Below are positions 40,300 to 51,422 of a stretch of DNA of 64,000 nt, piece after piece; the stretch's first letter is position 1; every line of letters starts with the position of its first letter. The notes below the pieces were generated by a model. That model was not told the DNA's origin and searched no databases. It saw nothing but the letters and a program-made list of their open reading frames with translations. The DNA is from an uncultured Spirochaetota bacterium (GTDB lineage: Bacteria; Spirochaetota; Spirochaetia; SZUA-6; Fen-1364). The stretch covers positions 672,001 to 736,000 of the forward strand of contig CAVTHO010000004.1 in assembly GCA_963734545.1 (NCBI GenBank), read 5' to 3'. The position numbers were made by a program, and so were the translations under genes.

Positions 40300-40328
40300 T
40301 TGACAGCGTGTACCATTTCTCCTACGCT
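40300..40328 (+). promoter_or_regulatory. Sigma70-like promoter
   Basis: TTGACA-17-TACGCT. ATG lies 8 nt downstream with no SD. Confidence 0.6.
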
Positions 40329-40336
40329 ACTATAGT

Positions 40337-41899
40337 ATGGTTGCGCAGGGCCCGAAAAATCTCGCGCCGAAGAAATCAGCCCCCACGCGTCCGGCTGGAT
40401 TCCTTGAGCGCCTGGTTGCACTGTTCGAAAGCGACGATCCGGAGAGAAAAAAGCAGCGCCAGCTCCGCGAGATAGTTGCCGAGCTCAAGCGGAACCGCTC
40501 CCGCTTCTACAATCCGGTGAAGGGCATGGCGGAACCGGGGCTCGCCCGGTTCTTCTGGGAAATCTACAAAGCGGTGGCTGCGGCGCAAGTACTGTTGAAA
40601 GGCGCGGAAGTCTCCGGAGCGCTGAAAATGACCCTGGTGGATTTTTCCCTGGGGGAGGAACAGCTCCTGCTCAAGGAGAGACTGTCGGAAAAGGCCATCA
40701 CGGAGCGCGCGGGCAAAGGCGCCGACCCCGCCACAATCGAGGCGGAGGTGAGGCAGGACCTCAAGACTTTCATGGAGGGCATCGACACCGACTGGATGAA
40801 CGAGATCGATGCCGTGTACAACCGGCTGCTCGTGCTCCTGGACCTGATCGGTTTCGACTACTTCTTTCTGCTGAAGAAGTTCGACACCGGGATGCCGGAA
40901 CGGGACTTCACCTATACTCCGCACTTCGAAACTATCGACGCGGCCATAATCCAGGATGAGGTGCAGGATTTCCTTGAGATCCTCCCCAACGTCGACACGG
41001 AGGCGAACTGGGAACGTATTCTCACCATCATCAAGGAGCATCGCGGCATGGAGGTGATGTCACGGGACGCGCTGCGCCGCGCGTTCCAGGTGATACGGGA
41101 CATGCAGCGAAGCGGGGTGATGCTCCTCATGGTCCGTCACCTGCTGCAGAATCCTGCATGGAAACCCATGGTGCGCACGCACCGCGAGCGCATCGTGGAG
41201 CCCTATCTCGCCAAGGTCAAGGCGGAGGCGGAAACCTCGGCGCAGAAAGTGGCCAGCGGAAAGCGGAATGAGCAGCTTCAGGCGCTCGCGCGGCAGGTCT
41301 TCGGCTCCGGCTCGGTATCGCGCCTGACAAACTATTCGGAGAGCGCAAACAGCGATTTCGCGCAGAAGATGATGGGGGGATTCCTCTATGTCACCGCGCT
41401 CAGCTACCTGCGCGCGTTCCTGGCGGATTACCTGCCCAAGAGCATCCGGGAAGTCGTGGACCTCCTCATCATCAAGGGCAAGTGGGTGAGCAACGCCCCC
41501 TCGCAGCAGTTGTCCGAGGCGTTTCACCAGCTTCTGAAGGTATCGGAGACCATCTCCCGGTTCGACGCCGGCCTGGCTGAAGACGAGGAGCGGGGGCGGA
41601 AGCTGAAAAACTTCGCGCTGCGCGCGGACCGGGACAAGCAGGCGATCATTCAGCTTCGCGGTGCCCTGCGGCAGGTCAACGACGAGGCGCGCACCATGAT
41701 AGGGGACTCCACAGAGTACTTCGTGGAGGTCGCGCGCGTACTGAAGCTCGCCCATGAGGACGTCGGAAAACCCAACCCCTCCAACCTGATGAACTGGAAA
41801 GAGCTCAAGCCGTCGGGAGACAGGGACCTGCGCTCCCTCATCGCCGGTGTCTACAAGAAAATATACCATTTCGTGCAGCTCATGCAGATGTACCGCTGA
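40337..41899 (+). CDS. Conserved spirochete helical protein (DUF5312-like)
   Basis: F....DPE..K.RQL..I...L, FDYFFLLKKFD and NWKEL patterns recalled from spirochete DUF5312 proteins. Not database-verified. Confidence 0.7.
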   Translation: MVAQGPKNLAPKKSAPTRPAGFLERLVALFESDDPERKKQRQLREIVAELKRNRSRFYNPVKGMAEPGLARFFWEIYKAVAAAQVLLKGAEVSGALKMTLVDFSLGEEQLLLKERLSEKAITERAGKGADPATIEAEVRQDLKTFMEGIDTDWMNEIDAVYNRLLVLLDLIGFDYFFLLKKFDTGMPERDFTYTPHFETIDAAIIQDEVQDFLEILPNVDTEANWERILTIIKEHRGMEVMSRDALRRAFQVIRDMQRSGVMLLMVRHLLQNPAWKPMVRTHRERIVEPYLAKVKAEAETSAQKVASGKRNEQLQALARQVFGSGSVSRLTNYSESANSDFAQKMMGGFLYVTALSYLRAFLADYLPKSIREVVDLLIIKGKWVSNAPSQQLSEAFHQLLKVSETISRFDAGLAEDEERGRKLKNFALRADRDKQAIIQLRGALRQVNDEARTMIGDSTEYFVEVARVLKLAHEDVGKPNPSNLMNWKELKPSGDRDLRSLIAGVYKKIYHFVQLMQMYR

Positions 41900-41907
41900 A
41901 CGGCGTC

Positions 41908-43089
41908 ATGTTCTCAAACCGTGTGAAAAGAAATCAGGCGGCGAACCGTCTGTCCCGCGCGCTGGAGGCAAAAAGGGCCGCGGGCGCGGTGCTGCTCGAC
42001 CTGACGGAATCCAATCCCACCCGCAGCGGCTTCCGCTACGAGGGGGAGGCGATCTTTCGCGCCCTTTCGCAGCCGGGCTCACTCCTCTACCAGCCGCACC
42101 CGCAGGGATTGCCCGGCGCGCGCCAGGCCGTGGCAGACTACTACGGGGAACGGGGCGTACGCGTGGATGCCGACTCCCTCATCCTGGCCTCGGGCACCAG
42201 CGAGGCGTACGGGTCCCTTTTCAAGCTGCTGGCAAATCCCGGCGATGAAATCCTGGTTCCCGTGCCCGGCTATCCGCTGCTGGAGGTCCTGACAGAGCTC
42301 GAATCGGTGAGACAGGTCCCGTATCGGCTGCTGTACGAGGAGCCGCGCGGCTGGAGAATCGACATGGAGCGGCTGCGCAATACGATCAGCAATCGCACGG
42401 TGGCGATTGTCTCTGTCAGCCCCAACAACCCGACCGGCTCGTTCCTGAAGACCGACGAGCTGGCGGAAATCGGCGGGCTGTGCCGACAGTTCGGGCTGGC
42501 GCTCATCGTGGACGAGGTGTTCGCCGACTACGGACGGGGCGCGGATGAGAACCGCGTGCCGTGCGCAGCCGCCCATCAGGGCTGCCTGACCTTTGTCCTG
42601 AACGGGTTCTCCAAGGTCGTCGGGCTCCCCCAGCTCAAGCTCGCCTGGATCCACGTCAGCGGGCCGGATGCCCTGTGCCGGCAGGCACGGGAGCATCTCG
42701 AGTTCATCAACGATGCCTATCTCACCGTCGCCACCCCGATACAGAACGCCGCGGCCGGCATCCTGCGCCAGAGAGGAATGATCCAGTCCCAGATCCTCGA
42801 GCGGGTCGAAACGAACGGCGCGACGCTTGAAAAGGAAACGGCGGATGTGCCGTCCTGCCGCATACTCGAGCGGGAGGGAGGCTGGTACGCGGTTCTCCGC
42901 CTGCCCGAGGATTGCCCGGATGAGGACCTTGCGGTCGAGCTGCTGGAGAAAGATGACGTGCTCGTGCATCCGGGTTATTTCTATGATTTTTCAGGCGGAG
43001 GCTTTCTCGTCATCAGCCTGCTGACTCCCCTCGAGGTATTCCGCGGCGGCGTGCAGAGGCTTGCCGCCCGGTTGCGGGGCCGCGCATAG
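41908..43089 (+). CDS. PLP-dependent aminotransferase class I/II
   Basis: [30 protein letters not shown]...P..KL.W and HPG.FY. Confidence 0.92.
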   Translation: MFSNRVKRNQAANRLSRALEAKRAAGAVLLDLTESNPTRSGFRYEGEAIFRALSQPGSLLYQPHPQGLPGARQAVADYYGERGVRVDADSLILASGTSEAYGSLFKLLANPGDEILVPVPGYPLLEVLTELESVRQVPYRLLYEEPRGWRIDMERLRNTISNRTVAIVSVSPNNPTGSFLKTDELAEIGGLCRQFGLALIVDEVFADYGRGADENRVPCAAAHQGCLTFVLNGFSKVVGLPQLKLAWIHVSGPDALCRQAREHLEFINDAYLTVATPIQNAAAGILRQRGMIQSQILERVETNGATLEKETADVPSCRILEREGGWYAVLRLPEDCPDEDLAVELLEKDDVLVHPGYFYDFSGGGFLVISLLTPLEVFRGGVQRLAARLRGRA

Positions 43090-43100
43090 GTCGCTATAAT
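43072..43100 (+). promoter_or_regulatory. Sigma70-like promoter of gpmA, probably leaderless
   Basis: TTGCGG-17-TATAAT. ATG lies 6 nt downstream with no SD. Confidence 0.7.
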
Positions 43101-43106
43101 GGCCGC

Positions 43107-43853
43107 ATGACGCGTCTCGTATTGCTTCGCCATGGCGAAAGTGTATGGAACAAGGAAAATCGGTTCACCGGATGGACGGATGTCGACCTTTCGGACAAGG
43201 GCAGAACCGAGGCGAAAACCGCCGGACAAAAACTGCGCGCTGAAGGGTACGTATTCGACCTTGCCTTTACCTCGGTCCTGAAGCGGGCTGTCCGTACTCT
43301 CTGGATGGTCCTGGACGAGATGGACCTCATGTGGATCACGGTCCTCAACAGCTGGAGGCTCAACGAGCGCCACTATGGCGGGCTCCAGGGGCTCAACAAG
43401 GCCGAGACCGCGGCGAAATTCGGCGAGGAGCAGGTGCACATCTGGCGCAGAAGCTACGACGTTCCGCCGCCGCCGCTGGAGGCCACCGATCCCCGGCACC
43501 CTTCTCACGATCCGCGTTATCGCGACCTTGCCAAGAAGGATCTTCCGCTCACCGAGTGCCTGAAGGACACGGTCGCCCGCGCCCTCCCCTACTGGCACGA
43601 GGCCATCGCCCCCGTCCTGCGCGCGGGAAAGAAGGTGATCATCGCCGCGCACGGCAACAGCATTCGCGCCCTGGTCAAGATGCTGGACAAGATCTCGGAT
43701 GCCGACATCGCCGGCCTGGACATCCCTACCGGCATCCCCCTGATCTACGAGCTGGATGACGCGCTCTCGCCCATCCGGCACTACTACCTGGCGGACCAGG
43801 CCGAGCTCGAAAAGGCCGTGGCGTCGGTGAAGAGCCAGGGCAAGGCAAAATAG
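43107..43853 (+). CDS. gpmA: 2,3-bisphosphoglycerate-dependent phosphoglycerate mutase
   Basis: [27 protein letters not shown] and AAHGNS.R. Confidence 0.98.
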   Translation: MTRLVLLRHGESVWNKENRFTGWTDVDLSDKGRTEAKTAGQKLRAEGYVFDLAFTSVLKRAVRTLWMVLDEMDLMWITVLNSWRLNERHYGGLQGLNKAETAAKFGEEQVHIWRRSYDVPPPPLEATDPRHPSHDPRYRDLAKKDLPLTECLKDTVARALPYWHEAIAPVLRAGKKVIIAAHGNSIRALVKMLDKISDADIAGLDIPTGIPLIYELDDALSPIRHYYLADQAELEKAVASVKSQGKAK

Positions 43854-43896
43854 CCGGCGCAGAGAGCCCGCCGACCGTTTCCACGGATAGAAACCC

Positions 43897-45278
43897 ATGC
43901 CGACACTGCACCGCGAGGTCACCCTCGCGCACATGCTCACCATCGCTTTTCCCCTGATCGTCTCCCAGGGCTCGGAGACCGTCATGCTCTTCTTCAACAG
44001 GTATTTCGTCTCGTTTCTCGGCTCCGACTACATCCCTGCCTCCATGAGCGGCGGCCTGACCCAGTTCGTCTTCACGTCCCTGTTCGGGGGGATCGTGGGG
44101 TACGTGAACGCGCTTGCGGCCCAGTACCACGGGGCGGGCCGTCCGGAGCGCTGCGTCCAGGCTGTTTCCCAGGGGCTCTTACTCTCGGTCGTCTTCTATC
44201 CGATGCTTCTTGCGCTGATTCCGCTCGTGCACCTCGGATTCGCCTGGGCGGGACACGAGCCGCGGCTGGTCGCCCTCGAGTTCAGCTTCTTCCGTATCCT
44301 GATGTTCGGGTCCTTCATATTCCTGGCGCAGGGCGTGCTGGCCGGCTATTTCATCGGCCTCGGGAAGACGCGGACGGTCATGGTGGCCAGCTTCCTCGGC
44401 ATATTCGTGAACATCCCCCTGACCTGGATTCTCACCCTGGGCCGGCTGGGCATTCCCCGGCTCGGCATCGAGGGGGCGGCCATAGGGACCCTGTGCGGAT
44501 CCTTCTTCACCGTGGCGCTCCTGTTCGTTGCGTACCTCCGCAGCCCCGCGTACCGGGCCCATCATGGAAACGGCGCCTGGAAGCCGCGGCGGGAGATGCT
44601 GGTGCGGCTTCTTCGCTACGGCGGCCCGGCAGGCGCCGAGGTCTTCATCAATGTATTTGCCTTCAACCTGTTCATCCTGCTCATGCAGTCCTACAGCCCC
44701 TCCGTGGCGACCGCGGTCACCATCACGTTCAACTACGACCTGGTGGCCTTCATTCCCATGCTCGGCGTGGGAGCCGCGGTGACGTCCCTCGCGGCCCAGC
44801 GCATGGGCGCGGGCGATGTGCGGGGCGCGCGGCGCGCCGCTTTTCTCGGGCTTCGCGTGGCGTGGAGCTACGCGAGCATCATGGTCGTCGTGTTCGTGGT
44901 CGGCGCGCCCATGCTGGTAAGGGTCTTCTCGGGCGGATTCAGCGCGGGTGACGAGGAGATTCTCCCCCTTGCCCAGAAGCTGCTGCGCCTTGCCGCGCTC
45001 TACACGCTGGCGGACGCCACGCAGGTCGTCTTCTCCGGAGCGCTGCGCGGGGCGGGTGACACGAAGTGGGTCATGATCATCTCGGGGGCGCTGCACTGGG
45101 CATGGCAATCGGCTCATTCGTTTTCATCCGCATCCTCGTTCTGTCGCCGGTCGCCGTGTGGTTGTTCTTCATCGGGTTCGTCGTATCCATGGGAGTGGCC
45201 ATGTATCTGCGGCATCGTCACGGCGCATGGCAGTACATCAGGCTCGTGGAAGGCGTTCCGCCGGCTCTCGCGGGTTGA
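43897..45278 (+). CDS. MATE family efflux transporter (frameshift near 45103)
   Basis: About 12 TM segments, LG..GAA.GT, G.P and GALRGAGDT. The last TMs are in frame 45066-45278. Confidence 0.9.
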
Positions 45279-45292
45279 GCGCCGGACGCCCC

Positions 45293-45769
45293 TCACTGCG
45301 CGCGCGCAACCCCTTCACGGCGCTTGCGGACATAGTCCGGGAGGATCCCCAGGTCAAGGTATCTCTGCCAGACCTCGTGCGGCAGGTACTTGCCATCCCC
45401 GATGAGCTTGCGGCACGAGGGCCTTCCGCACTGGCAGGCCATGGTGAAGTCGTCTTCATCGAGCGTGGTGGAATAGTCGAAAAGGATTTCCTCCCCCGCC
45501 GCGATGTCGCGAATCGCGTACAGATCAGCGGTTGTCCCCTGGATCTTGAATCCCGCGTTCGGCTCGCAGGAGTGGTTGATGAAGTCGTCGAGACCGCCCG
45601 AGGCGCCGATGTACAGGTCAGGGGCGATCTGCAGGGCGAGCGTGTGCGCGGTTGTCTCCGCGTGGCGCAGCAGGGGTCCGGTGAAACGAATGATCCTCGT
45701 TGCGGCAGCGATGGGTTCTTCAGTGAAAACGCCGCGGCCGTGCGTGCCCTGTCTGACGGCAAGCTTCAT
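45293..45769 (-). CDS. SET-domain protein-lysine methyltransferase with post-SET motif
   Basis: GRGVF, FINHSCEPN, AIRDI..GEEILFDY and CQCGRPSCR. Confidence 0.93.
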   Translation of the reverse strand: MKLAVRQGTHGRGVFTEEPIAAATRIIRFTGPLLRHAETTAHTLALQIAPDLYIGASGGLDDFINHSCEPNAGFKIQGTTADLYAIRDIAAGEEILFDYSTTLDEDDFTMACQCGRPSCRKLIGDGKYLPHEVWQRYLDLGILPDYVRKRREGVARAQ

Positions 45770-45948
45770 GCAGCCGATCTCCTTTCTCGCCCGCCCTCGG
45801 ATGCGGGCATGAAATCCAGGCTAAAAATACTTGCTCCGGCTCTTTTCAAGTACTAAAATCCTGGTTGGAACTATTTGTCCGGAAGCCTTGATATTATCTA
45901 TATTATGTGAGATATTATAAGTGGCTCCATTATCTAGAAGGCGGAGAG

Positions 45949-47626
45949 ATGCACGGCCAGAGGTCTTGTGCGAAGATAGGCTACTCCCTGCTCAGCCGTT
46001 ACTCCCTCGCGGCTGCACTCGCCGGCCTCACACTGCTTCTGCTTACCTGCTCGAGCCCGGTCTCGGAGGATCTCGTCCTTTCCGTTGTCGGGACCATTCC
46101 TTCCAACGGCGACACCAATTTCGATCCTGGCCAGGCGATCGTGGTCAGCTTCAACAAGGATCTGGATCCCGGCTGCCTGGCAGTTGCTCGCCAGTAACCA
46201 TCCAACCCTCTTCCCTCACGCTGACATTCTCCTATGACAGCTCATCGAAAAAGCTCGTTATCGAGCCTCATCCATTCCTGGCGAGCAACTCACACCTACA
46301 CGGTGAGCTTTGAAACGACCCTGAAGGATTCTTCAGGAGGCACGCTCCCCAGGCAGGTCGATCTCTCTTTCACCACCGGCGACAGGCTCGCAGGAGATGT
46401 CAAGCTGGTCGGTGGCAATACCTATGACGGAAAGCAATATACGCACGAAGACAGCGTCACCCTGTACCTGCAGCACAATGCTCAAGCTTCGCCTGCTTCA
46501 CCTGTCCACGTGCACATAGCAAAAAGCGAGGCAGAATTGTCGGGCGGATCACCCGTGAATCTCGACATGGTAGGCCCCTCAACAAACTATTTTGAATGGC
46601 CGCTCGACCACCTCTTCCAGGGCACTCAGATGGTCTATGTGGAGTATTTTTTTGGATCCCAATCGTCCGCCATAAGGTCGGCGGAAATCGTGCATGACAC
46701 CGAGAAGCCGTTAGTCCAGCCGGCCAGCCTTTCGTCTCCGTACTACAATATGTACAATGCTACCCAGAACCCCCCTGTACGTGGGGCGGCAACCGCAACA
46801 GACGCCACAAGCGGGGTTTATTCCTACAACTGGACCGGGGACCCGGCGTGAGCTTCAACACTTCGGCTCCTAACAGTCCCCAGTCTCCCGGCCATAACGA
46901 TCAGCGGCGGACCAGAAACGGACAAGCCGTACAACCTGTCGCTGACCGTGACCGATTGTGCCGGCAACAAGTCTGATCAACAGGATTTCACAATAACCAA
47001 GGCAACAGTTCGTCCCGGCAAGCCGACAGAATCGATGGACAGCAGCAGCTTCGGGGACAAGACTCCAATTCTCAATCCACATCCGTCTGTGACATGGGTA
47101 TGGGAAGCCAGCCCAATTCAAGGCTTTCCTCCGGATTCATTCCTGGAGAAGTTGGAAAGTGAAACAACATGGACGGCTGCCCAGCTCTCGACCCTCTCAC
47201 GTAGTCATGACCGCACTCTCGGACGGAACCTACAGGCTCATGGTCAGTACAGGTCGACGCTGCCGGAAACCAGTCACCTGTATTAAGCATGCCGATCATC
47301 GTGACACCAGTGATCCCTCCTGACGGGAGCACAACTGCCACAGTTACTCTCTACCTCCAGTGGCGTGATTTCTTCCAGGGAGCGGGCAGGGCTCTGGGAG
47401 CGCAATACAGAGTACACTTCTGGCCCCATAACGATTCCAATCCCGAGCATATGGTCGTCTACACTAGTGCCGGCATCATGCGACAAGCGGGCCCATCTAT
47501 GATCTGGATCACGGCCGGACATACGACTGGTACATCGAATGGTCCTTTGATGGAGGCGAAAGCTATCTCACGGAAAACCGCAACCCATCGACTGATCAGA
47601 CGTACCATCAGTTCACGACACCGTAA
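45949..47626 (+). CDS. Ig-like (SbsA/Big_5-type) multidomain lipoprotein, multiply frameshifted
   Basis: Lipobox LLLTC, P.Q.IVVSFNK.LD...YTVSF...LSFTTG, and further beta-sandwich segments across ORFs 45907, 45921, 46234, 46948 and 47289. Colinear with 57887-59526. Confidence 0.7.
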
Positions 47627-47646
47627 GCCGCCGTCCTGTCAATTTG

Positions 47647-49307
47647 CTATTTCTCGCTCATGACCGTGATGCCGGACCAGTCCTCTGCAGGCGGGTTCTT
47701 CATGAAAGCTTCGATTCTCTGGAGAAACCTTCCTGAAACCGCATCTCCCGGCATGAGATTCAACACCTCGCGGAGTGCTTCCGCCGCGGCCTTGAAGTCC
47801 CTGTCGTAGTACAGCTTGATACCAGTCTCGTGTATCTTCCAGGCCTCGGCCTCCAGCGGGCTGAGGTTCCGCCGGGGCGTGTAGATGAGGATCCCCTTCA
47901 CTCTTCCTTTCACTGCTACCTTGTCGATGGCCTGCAGGGTATCTTCCCTGCCAGGTCATTCACCAGCGGCTCGGACACGATCATCTCTTCGTGGTAAACC
48001 TTCGTGAGCCCTTCCAGCCGGGAGGCCAGGTTCACCATGTCCCCGATCACCGTGTAGTCCATCTTCTGTTCCGAGCCGATGTTTCCCACCGTGACTTCCC
48101 CATAGTTGATGCCGATCCCGATCTTGAATTGCGGCCGGCCCTTCTTGAGCTGGCCGGCGTTGAAGAGCTTGAGCGCATCCAGCATGTCGAAGCCCGAGAC
48201 TCACGGCCTGATAGGCCTCGTCACCGTAGTGCACGGGAGCGCCGAATGTGGCCATGATCGCGTCCCCGATGTACTTGTCCACGATTCCCTTGTGCTCCAT
48301 GATGATCTTTACCATCCGTCCGAAGTAGGCGTTCAGCGATTCCACCACCTCGTTGGGGGGCAGGCCCTCGGAAAGAGTCGTGAACCCGCGGATATCGGAG
48401 AAGAGGACCGCGAGCACCCGGTCCTGGCCCACCAGCATGGACTCGGGATTGGCGAAGAACTCGTCGATTACCGCCTTGGGCACGTACTTCTGGAAGATGT
48501 TCCTGATCTTCTGCTCGCGATGCTGGGCAACCACCGCTTTCAGCGCGTAGCCCTTGATCTGCTTGTAGGCCTTTTCCAGCTCCTCTGTCATCAGGTTCAG
48601 GCTGTGGCCAAGCTCCCCGGTTTCGTCCTTGTAGAGTATTTCGACGCGCTTGGACAGATCGCTCGTGCTCATGATCTGCCGCATCACTGAAACCACCATG
48701 CGCAAAGGCTGCGTCATGATGAACGAAAAGTAGAACAGCAGGATCAGGGCGATTGCCAGTGAAACCAGGAGGATCACCGCGGTCTGCCTGAATATCTGGG
48801 TGGTGATCTTGTAGAAGGCGTCGCGCTTCTCGGTGACAAGAACATACCAGCCGAACGGCGCGAACTCCTTTGCCTGGGCAACCCTTTCCACGCCGCCCGC
48901 CTTGAGCTGGGCCCAACCGGCAAAGCCATCCGCTTTCATGCGTGAAAGCTGGGCGGATTCCGGACTGCTCAGAGCTGAGATCTCCGGTGTGCAGGACCAC
49001 GTTTCCCTGAGCGTCAACCGCAAAGATCAGCTCCGCCTCATCCCGCACCAGCGAGCGCGCGTAGGATGCCACCGCGGCCTTCGCGGCATCCACGAATTCC
49101 AGTCTCCCGACCATATTGTTCTGCACCAGAAGGGACCACTGGCTGTTCGCGTAGTTTTCAAGGTCATCGATCTTGAAGCGCAGAAAGCTGGTGGCGATGC
49201 CGGTGATCCCGTTCCTCGCCGACAGCGCGGCGATGTACCCCGTTACAAGGAGCGGCCCCACGATCAGGGGGAGAACCAGCAGCACCACCTTTGCCCGGAA
49301 TATTCAT
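47647..49307 (-). CDS. Membrane-bound class III adenylate/guanylate cyclase with Cache-like and HAMP domains, multiply frameshifted
   Basis: Two TM segments, HAMP (DETGEL), [28 protein letters not shown] and [15 protein letters not shown]. The K/D residues suggest ATP specificity. Confidence 0.88.
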
Positions 49308-49534
49308 CGTGAGCAGACTGTACTATGACGGCTTTCACCGGGTCAACGCAAAGCCCGGCCGGATCCGGACTGCGAAAAATCGCTCCTTGCAGATGCGACT
49401 GATTGCGGCAATAATGCCCCTGTTCCTTGCCTTCGGCTGCACTTATTGCCCGTGGCAGCCGATCTTGAGGGAAGGGCCGCAGGGAGAATCAGAGGTGAGG
49501 GGTCTACTTCGCAAAGCGCTCACGCTGCACGCAC

Positions 49535-51411
49535 ATGGAAAATCGGCGGAAACCCCGAAGCCGGCCGATCTGCTGCTCGAAGACCCGGAGGGGCAGGACG
49601 AATCCACGGGCATATCCGTGGAAGAGAAACGGCAGATAACCGACCAGATCGACCGGCTCATGGCGGACAACAGGATCGAGGTCTCTCCGGAGAATCTTTC
49701 CTATGTGTCCCGGCGCAACGGCGCGCTCCTGCCTTTGTTCAGCAATATCGCGATTCTCTCCGTGGTAATTATCGCCCTCCTCGTCATCTCGCACTTCCTC
49801 AACCGTCAGGAGAGGTCGATCGCCACATCCGGAACAGCGATCCTCACCGCCGAAAGCAAGCTGATTGCCGCGCTCAGGCAGGAAGCGGATCAACAGCTTC
49901 AGCAGAGAGACCGCACGATCGTGGATGCGCAGAACAAGCTCAACGCAATCAGCAGGGAGAAGGAGCAGCTCCGCGGACAGGCTGACTCGATCATTCGCGC
50001 CCGAGAGCAGGAGCTCAAGGACGATTTCGACCGCAATCTTGCCGCGGAGCGGGACCGGCTGGAAAAGCAGGGCATGGCCGCAGCCTCCGTCGAGCAGAAA
50101 ATGAAGGCCTTCCAGGATGCGGAAAGACAGCAGCTCGAGCAGCAGCTTGCAGGCGCGCGCCAGCAGGCCGAGGCGGATCTGGCGGCAAAGCAGGAGGCCT
50201 TCGCCGCCCAGGAAGCACAGTACCAGCGCGACCTCGAAGCAGCCCGGCAGGAACGCATACGAATGCAGGACGAGACGCGGCAGAAAGAGGCGGAGCTCCA
50301 GAAACAGTACGCGCAAAAGGCGCAGCAGGCCGAAGACGAAGGCGCACGCGTGGGAGCGGAGCTGGCGCGCCTCCGCGCGCAGCAGGACCAGGAGAAGCTG
50401 GTGCTCGACCAGCTCACTGCCGGCTACGCGCAGGTGAATGAATCCCTCCAGGCGGCCCGGTACGATCAGGCGCAGGAAGGGCTGGCCTCCCTCAGGAAGC
50501 TGCTGGATGACGATTCTGTTGCCGCTCTTCCCACGGTGCAGCGGAGACGCTCGGTGGAAGTGTTTCTTATCAGCTCTCTTGAAGAGCTGGTGAAAGCCCG
50601 TCAGGCCGGGACATCCACGGACAGCGCCTCTCTGGCACAGACTTCATCCATCATCAGCGAAGTTACCGATCTGGTCAGGCGCGGGGATGAGCTCGCCCAT
50701 TCGGGAGACGCGCAGGGCGCGCGTCTGGCCTATGAGGCGGCACTGGGAAAGGTCCCTCCCCTCGCAGCCGCATCCGGGAAAATCCAGGATATGCGGAACA
50801 ATGATGCCGCGGCACTGCTGCGTCAGGCGAACGTCTTCTACCAGGCGGGCAACTTCCAGGCTTCCATCGACCGCTACCAGCAGACCGTGGGACTGCTTCT
50901 GAATGACAAAGTCCTGGCCCGGCAGCTCACCGATTCTCTGACAAAGGCAGGCTACCGGATATTCGCCGCGGATGACCTTGCCCAGCTCGCCCGGCTGAAA
51001 AGCACGGACCAAAAGCGGCAGGAGGTGAACGCCCGGCTCCGGGATATCCGTGCCCAGTACAAGGCGTACGTTGCCCTTATTCCCCGGTCCTCTGCCGCAG
51101 ACCCGAGCTCTCCTGAATCCCTTGCCACATTGCTTCAGGCAAAGATCCTCCTCAGACAGGTCCTGGACACCGAGCCGGTGCGCTCGCAGTATCCCGATCT
51201 TGCGGCAAAAACCGAGCGCTACATCGACGCAGTCTCGGCAAGGGCAAAGGACGAGGGGCGCAAGGAGGCGCTCGACGCGTTGGACTCTCTGTTCGGCAAG
51301 CTGCAATCCGGCGACAAGACCTCCCTGCCCGGTCTGGCCCAGATCTCAGCGAATGGTGAACGGGATCCGCTTCTCCGTCTCCTGGACAGGCTGCAGGCGA
51401 TAATTCAGTAG
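49535..51411 (+). CDS. Single-TM long coiled-coil/TPR-like hypothetical protein
   Basis: One hydrophobic segment followed by ~250 aa of Q/E/A-rich coiled coil and helical repeats. Start uncertain (possible ATG GAA A(A)A indel). Confidence 0.75.
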
Positions 51412-51422
51412 CTGCACGGACT

